Below are positions 58,168 through 64,000 of a stretch of 64,000 nucleotides of DNA, piece after piece. The notes under the pieces are model-generated. The model did no database searches and was not told the origin of the DNA. It saw only the letters and a program-made list of their open reading frames with translations. Made by a program: the position numbers and the translations under genes. Positions within the stretch are counted from its first letter, which is position 1. Each line of letters begins with the position of its first letter. Origin of the DNA: Phoronis australis (Eukaryota > Animalia > Phoronida); NCBI GenBank assembly GCA_002633005.1, contig NMRA01000565.1, positions 7,682 to 71,681 on the forward strand, written 5' to 3'.

Positions 58168-59934
58168 ATGAGTTGCCAAAGTTACTTGGTGCTCTTCGTA
58201 TGCCTCTTGATAGTCCACGTGACCCCTTCGTTTCCATGTCATACAGGTTGCAAGTGCACCAAGCAGTCTACAAAGTACTGGTGCAATGGTTTGAAGAAGA
58301 TCCCGACCAAATTCAACACTACCGTACTGGAGTTCACATGTAAAAATTGTCACCTGGGAAAAGTCACGGCAGACGATCTAGTCGGGCTAACAAACGCCAC
58401 GCTCGTTTCTTTAATTGGATCGGAAATAACAGAAGTCGAACCTTTTGCGTTTTCTGCGCTGAAGAACTTAAGAGAGGTCGACTTGGATGGGAATCGTCTT
58501 AAAGTGTTGGACGGTCGTTCATTTGTTGGATGCGACAAGTTGAATAATTTTTATGCCAGTGCAAACGACATCGAAAACATTGAATACGGGTTGGGAATGT
58601 TGAACAGTTTGAAAAACCTGATGTTGACAGGAAACAAACTTAAAGAAATTCCACGATTTTTCATGACCGCAAATTTCCGACTCTTAGATTACATCAATCT
58701 AAATGACAACGGCATCCAAGAAGTCAAGCCTTACGCATTCTACGGTCTTCCGGCTCTGACTTATCTCGAGCTGAAAAGAAACAAAATCCGCAAAGTTCAC
58801 AAAAATGCCTTTGAAAGAGTCACCAAGCTGCAAACTCTGGAAATGAGGGACAATGAACTAGAAGCCCTCCCTGATGACACGTGCAAATCGCTACAGAATC
58901 TTCACGATGTTTACTTCGGAAAAAATAGGATTTCCGTTATCAAGTATAGTTTCTTTCAATATTGCAGGAGTGTTGAATATTTGGATTTGACAGGCATGAA
59001 AACGGGTGTATCCGTTATCGAAAAGAGCGCTTTTGTAGGATTATCTAACTTAAAAGCTTTAACATTAAGTCGTAATGGGTTAGTTTTAAACGACGGGTCG
59101 GTACTTAACAGCTTGAAGAACCTCACAGAGTTATATCTGTGGGGTAATAATCTTACAGACATTCCACAGGGCATGGACCTTCCAGTCTTGGAGATTTTAG
59201 GCGTATCCGATAATAAAATATCTAAATTGTCTGCACTTAACCTTCCAAAACTTCGAACACTTTATGCTGCAAATAATGAATTAACACATCTTCCTGATAA
59301 TCTTAATCTGTACAACTCAAACGAACTCTCGAATGTCGATCTGAGCGGAAATAAGTTGACAAAAATATTTCCTTCCTCGTTAGCTAACTTCCCCCTAACT
59401 CGTCTCAATATTATGAGTAACCAAATTGCTAAGTTTGCAGAGGCAGATTTAAAATCAATGTTCTCTAAAATAAAGAACCTCTATATCAACGGCAACCCTA
59501 TTCACTGCAACTGTGAAGCAAAATGGCTAAATTCAGTGACCTGGGCTTACTGTTTTACTCCACACACAAAGGCATTACGATATGCAGTCTTCAATTGTGT
59601 TAAACCATCAGTGGTTTCCAACGAAACTAAAATCTGGACAAACGGTGAAAATATTCACTTGTTATGCAAAGCTACTGGAGACCCCATCCCGGATATTTAC
59701 TGGGAAGGTGTTTCTATTGCAAATGGCCAAATCAAGAAATACAAAATTTCCCCTAATAACAGCGACACCACCGTGGCACGTGGCAGATTTGGACCAGTCC
59801 AAGGCATGTATCACACAGTCCATGAAATCTTGGCGCGAGCAAGTGTACCGGGAATCGCTCTGGCTTTCACGTGTAAGGCTGGAAATGTTGCCGGCAATGC
59901 CTCGATCACTTTGCCTCTAACAACTTATGTTTAA
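58168..59934 (+). CDS. Secreted leucine-rich-repeat + Ig-like protein, paralog 2 (588 aa, single coding exon)
   Basis: Colinear with paralog 1 (YWCxGLxxIPTKFNTTV, LDGRSF.GCDKL, NPIHCNCEAKWL, CKATGDPIPDIYW, ARASxPG..AFTC); same tttcagcaatcATG context; no TM. Confidence 0.93.
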   Translation: MSCQSYLVLFVCLLIVHVTPSFPCHTGCKCTKQSTKYWCNGLKKIPTKFNTTVLEFTCKNCHLGKVTADDLVGLTNATLVSLIGSEITEVEPFAFSALKNLREVDLDGNRLKVLDGRSFVGCDKLNNFYASANDIENIEYGLGMLNSLKNLMLTGNKLKEIPRFFMTANFRLLDYINLNDNGIQEVKPYAFYGLPALTYLELKRNKIRKVHKNAFERVTKLQTLEMRDNELEALPDDTCKSLQNLHDVYFGKNRISVIKYSFFQYCRSVEYLDLTGMKTGVSVIEKSAFVGLSNLKALTLSRNGLVLNDGSVLNSLKNLTELYLWGNNLTDIPQGMDLPVLEILGVSDNKISKLSALNLPKLRTLYAANNELTHLPDNLNLYNSNELSNVDLSGNKLTKIFPSSLANFPLTRLNIMSNQIAKFAEADLKSMFSKIKNLYINGNPIHCNCEAKWLNSVTWAYCFTPHTKALRYAVFNCVKPSVVSNETKIWTNGENIHLLCKATGDPIPDIYWEGVSIANGQIKKYKISPNNSDTTVARGRFGPVQGMYHTVHEILARASVPGIALAFTCKAGNVAGNASITLPLTTYV

Positions 59935-60904
59935 AATATGTCTTTTTCATTACTGTATGCGTGTGCATTGCCCATAACACTAATTTCAAAATGCGTTTGC
60001 CCAAGCGTTTCCTATATAAGCGCATGCGCGTAAAAGCTCCACATATCGTGCAATAAACGAGTGCAGAACGAAGCAAGACGAGCCAATATCGATATTTGAC
60101 GACACGATACGATATTCCGACGACATTTTCACGATATTTGTTTGTTAGAAGAAAAGTATAAGTAACATTTATTCGAATAATTAAACCACAGATAAGTTAC
60201 AAAAAACTAAGAAATAGGTAAAAGTTGATGAACACAATTTCTAGATTATCGTCTTAGTTACCGGTACTTTCTAAAACGATATTTTCCGGTATTCCAAGAA
60301 ATAGTTTTTTCTTCAGTACCATGTATCGGTATGCAGCCCATTGGTTCAACCTTTGTCACTATATGAGGAGGGTGCGAAGGAATAAACACATTATTTTGGT
60401 ACAGTCGCCGACTCCTACTAAGTATCGAAGCATTAGACTGGAAGTTTCTTATTTCGCCCATTTTAGTACTTTTCATTCGAACAATTTTAATTAATTAAAA
60501 AAAATAACTTCAATACACGTTATCGTTAAACTATTTTGTAACGGATAATCCAAATCACCGTCAAATGTTACCTAAAAGTTTAGCTCCTTAGTATAACTCA
60601 AGAGTTTCAAGCATAGACACATGTGTCTACTTGCGGACAGGATACAACTTCACTTATAAGGAACGCATGGGCCTTATGCATACAGGTATACAGTATAATA
60701 GAAAATAACATATTGATGACAGGTATTCCGAGATGGAGTGTACAAATCTAATTTGAAAGAAGCCGTTGTGTAAGCCACTTAGTTTTAAATTTGATTTCTG
60801 TAGGCCTAAGATAATAACATATGAAATAAGAATTAATTTCGTTATATTTACGTTGACATTTTAGAAGGCGTTTATTTGGTGTTACAACTTCTGGTGTCAA
60901 GATA

Positions 60905-61215
60905 GCGGGGCGTTTATTCGGAAAATTTCCTCTTAAAAGCTCACTAAGCGTCAACCTTTAGTCACAAGTTCAGTTTTGTGGAGTATCTATCATTTAGAAA
61001 AACGAAATTGCTGGCGAATTATGCATTTATTAACATAAAATTTAAAAAACTCATTTTAAGTAGAAAATGTCAAAGTCAGGAAACCTATGATTTTTCATTC
61101 ATACGCCCCCTTTTCCGAATAAACGCCCGGGCGTTTATTTGGTGTTACTAAAAGGTCTGAAATTTTTCATTTTCCGAATACACGCCCATGGGCTTATCTT
61201 AGGAAAATCCCTGTA
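60905..61215. repeat. Degenerate palindromic DNA-transposon-like remnant
   Basis: gggcgtttattcggaaaa and its reverse complement ttttccgaataaacgccc recur at ~60908, 61111 and 61170. Confidence 0.5.
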
Positions 61216-63193
61216 GCAAGTTTTTATAAGCAGCTAGAAATTCGCGCGCTCCGAAGCAAACATTCGATTTAAACAACTTACCGCTATAAAATTACCCTCA
61301 GCTTGTTCCTTACTCGAACGAGAAGTGGTTTCTATGTTTGCAAAGAACCGACTTTTTGTTATACCTCGAGACCGCGTTCGGCGTATAAAATGACACGCCG
61401 TGGCAACCACCTCGTAGAACCTTTTCTCAAGCAATAACGATTTGTTGTTTTTTTCCAACACTAAGGCCAGCCGCAAGTTGATAAAGAAAAAGTTTGAGAC
61501 CAATTTCATAACTGGGAAGTAGTTTAAATCAAAATTTGTTTTTGTGCTGTAAGTTGGGTTTGAAACCGCTTTAAGCTATATTCGTATTATATGCATAGAT
61601 TGTTTTAAAGCGTTATTGAAATGAAATTAACATTTGCCATTAAATTACTATGTGTAATTGCTTATAGACCAGATTGTGAAAACTGACCGTTGGTCGTATC
61701 GAGTTGAAGAAATAAAATATGCAACAGGCTACATTCTCTTCGTGGACGTGCCTCAGTATATACGTCGAGTACTGTTACCCTCTTAATGTTGCAACGGCCC
61801 GTTACGTACACGTAGTAAATGGGATAGAGATGGTCCTCTTCAGGTACTGAGTAAAAGATCGATGCGATCGAGTTGGAAGAGTGATAGAAATCGGACATCC
61901 ATGGTATACGTTGTAAAGGTAAAATTATAATGGTCGTCATGTTACTAGTCAACATATATACGCATTTAAATTACGAGAATATGCGTGGGACGTTTCACAT
62001 TAGTGGCGGGGTGAGGTAATTCGATACCGATGTCATTTTGGTTCCCTCTCTATCCCCACACATCAGTGTCATCTGCAGACAGTATTGTTTCCTGCCCTCT
62101 CTTTGGACGCCTCGCCATCCTGGTTCCAGAGTCAGATTCCACCCTACCGACACTTCAACCCTCTTGTCGCAAGTTCAAAGGTCAAGGTTCATATGAGAGT
62201 CCAGTTTGGAGAAAGTGCACTTTATTAAGATCATGCACTGGAATTTGTCTTTAAAAGCGGTCAGTTGTGGTGCAAGTTACCACAAGAAAATAACCTTGAC
62301 ATGGCAACCTAATTTAGAAACTTAGGCACACACAGAGTGAATTTTGAGTTAATTATGTGCACAAACAACTTTCATCGCTGCTTTCCTCTTGATGAGAAAC
62401 ACTAAGGCGATTATTCGCATCGTTACAAAATCGTCGACAAACTGCCTTCGTGTAATTCACAAACAGTTCCTCTAGCTTTCGATTCCAATCAGTGCTAATG
62501 TTTTTGCTACGAAATACAGACTCACGTTTCTGATTATTTGGGACGTATGTCTTGATTCTACTTTGTTTCGCTGGCGCTGAGGTTTTCATGGTCAAATGAA
62601 TCAGATTTTTTCCGCTCAGTACTTGCCCCACGTGGATATTTGACAGCGCTGCATTTATATTTGCAAGGGGTATTTTAGCATAGAGACCGATAACTAGCCT
62701 ACGCCAAAGAAATGACACTCAGCTGTTACGCAGTGAGGCTTAGGAGAATTTTCCTAGGCACGATGTCATATGTACCACTTACGCTAAGAATTTCACTGGG
62801 GCGCTCGAAGAGGCCACGAATTATGGTCAGTGTAATTTACGTTGCAATTAATTACTTTCTGTAGTATGCAAGTAACATAAACAATCTTTTATTAGAAAAT
62901 ACTTGTATATCTGGTGTCAAGAGGGTATTTTGGTAACTGGAGTCTATCTTTAAGACCGACTGCGACCACCTGGTTCAACGCCCACGTTTCCGCAGTGGAA
63001 CCAACTGGTTGTTCACACATCACAGCCTGAAACCTACACCTCTAATATTACTGACACGTCATCTTACCGGGCTACATGTACAACAGCTTACGTAAGTATT
63101 TTGCAAAAATAATTCATAGATTTAAATGACGTTGAGATCCATTTTGCGTATATGTAAACGTCGCATGTTGCAATAGAGCTGTAGGCCGACATA

Positions 63194-63353
63194 CATGGGT
63201 GGATTCAGGATTTTGAGTTAGGGGGAACCAGGGCAGAGTATTAGCCAGAATTTTGCCTGTCAGACATAGGCACTCCCGAACTGCCCAATGGAATCTTGGA
63301 GAATTTTAGCGGGGGGGCATGGCCCCCTTGGGCCCCCTCTAAATCCGCCACTG
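63194..63353. mobile_element. Short MITE of the CAGTGGCGGAT...ATCCGCCACTG type
   Basis: Left catgggtggatt, right aatccgccactg; acata repeated on both flanks; internal gggggggcatggccccc hairpin. Confidence 0.65.
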
Positions 63354-63995
63354 ACATAGCATTACTAAAAACGACCCGAACACTTTTCAATACAGCTCTT
63401 GCTGTGACGGAGACTAACTCCTATAAGCGCTTGACCGGCGATATCTATCTTATACCCTTTTCAGAAGTGCACTTAAGGACCACGGGGCCAGAACAACGTT
63501 AAGGGAAAATTTGAAAAATGACCGCCACGGCGCAACGTTTTGACCAATTTCACCCTAAAACAACAGGCCTCGAGAAGTCAAAAAAATACGTTTTGCGTTA
63601 ATTTCATGTCCGACTGGTTGGACTTAAAATGCGACGTACCAGCAGGGTGAATTCGAAAAAAGAAACAAAACAAACTTCAGTACTAAGCACCACTTATGCT
63701 GAAATATGATTTCGCCAAGCAACAAATTACCTGGTGTACCAATAAACAATTCCAACGCAATATGAAGATACTGTACTGTAGCAGCTGGCGACAACTTTGA
63801 AGGTACTCACGACGTCAGCAACAACCTGCAAGGACTGATAAAGGATGCGACAGTAACTTACTCTAGGCTACGTGCACCAGCCCTTAGCAAAAAAACTTGC
63901 GAGTTTTGGTGAAAAGGTCCCCTGGAGCGTTTGTCCCCCTCCGTTCTCAGTTCACCCACACTCACTACTGACCACAATCTTTCATTTCAGCGGAC

Positions 63996-64000
63996 ATGAG
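63996..64000 (+). CDS. Probable start of a third LRR-Ig paralog, truncated by the window end
   Basis: tttcatttcag-cggac-ATGAG mirrors paralog 2's tttcatttcag-caatc-ATGAG; only 5 coding nt are visible. Confidence 0.5.

Noticed and set aside
54954-59920. Antisense and alternate-frame ORFs overlapping the LRR genes
   Set aside because: Shadow ORFs of the long + strand coding sequences.
62172-62191. agttcaaaggtcaaggttca, a nuclear-receptor DR1-like site
   Set aside because: This kind of motif is common inside invertebrate interspersed repeats; there is no independent support.
61234-62718. Minus-strand ORFs of 91-121 aa downstream of LRR paralog 2
   Set aside because: No recognisable motifs, coding bias or convincing splice structure.

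Overview
Eukaryotic (invertebrate animal, probably lophotrochozoan; taxon is inference) AT-rich genomic DNA. All recognised genes are on the + strand. (1) 3' part of an ILVBL/HACL2 gene (TPP-dependent 2-hydroxyacyl-CoA lyase 2, acetolactate synthase-like): 13 phase-compatible GT-AG exons, 2094-14087, 569 aa; the N-terminal exon(s) lie upstream of the window. (2) A complete amyloid precursor protein family gene: 11 exons, 19082-51267, 644 aa, with signal peptide, E1, E2, TM and GYENPTY tail. Its acidic domain is replaced by a Lys/His-rich linker, one E1 disulfide pair is lost, and exon 3 has six tandem copies of its splice donor plus a duplicated acceptor. (3) A tandem cluster of single-coding-exon secreted LRR+Ig genes (54894-56672, 58168-59934, and probably a third starting at 63996). 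Introns and intergenic DNA carry non-autonomous DNA transposons (Helentron/HINE-like, Harbinger-like and hAT-like MITEs) and mini/microsatellites. Exon boundaries were read manually, without transcript data.
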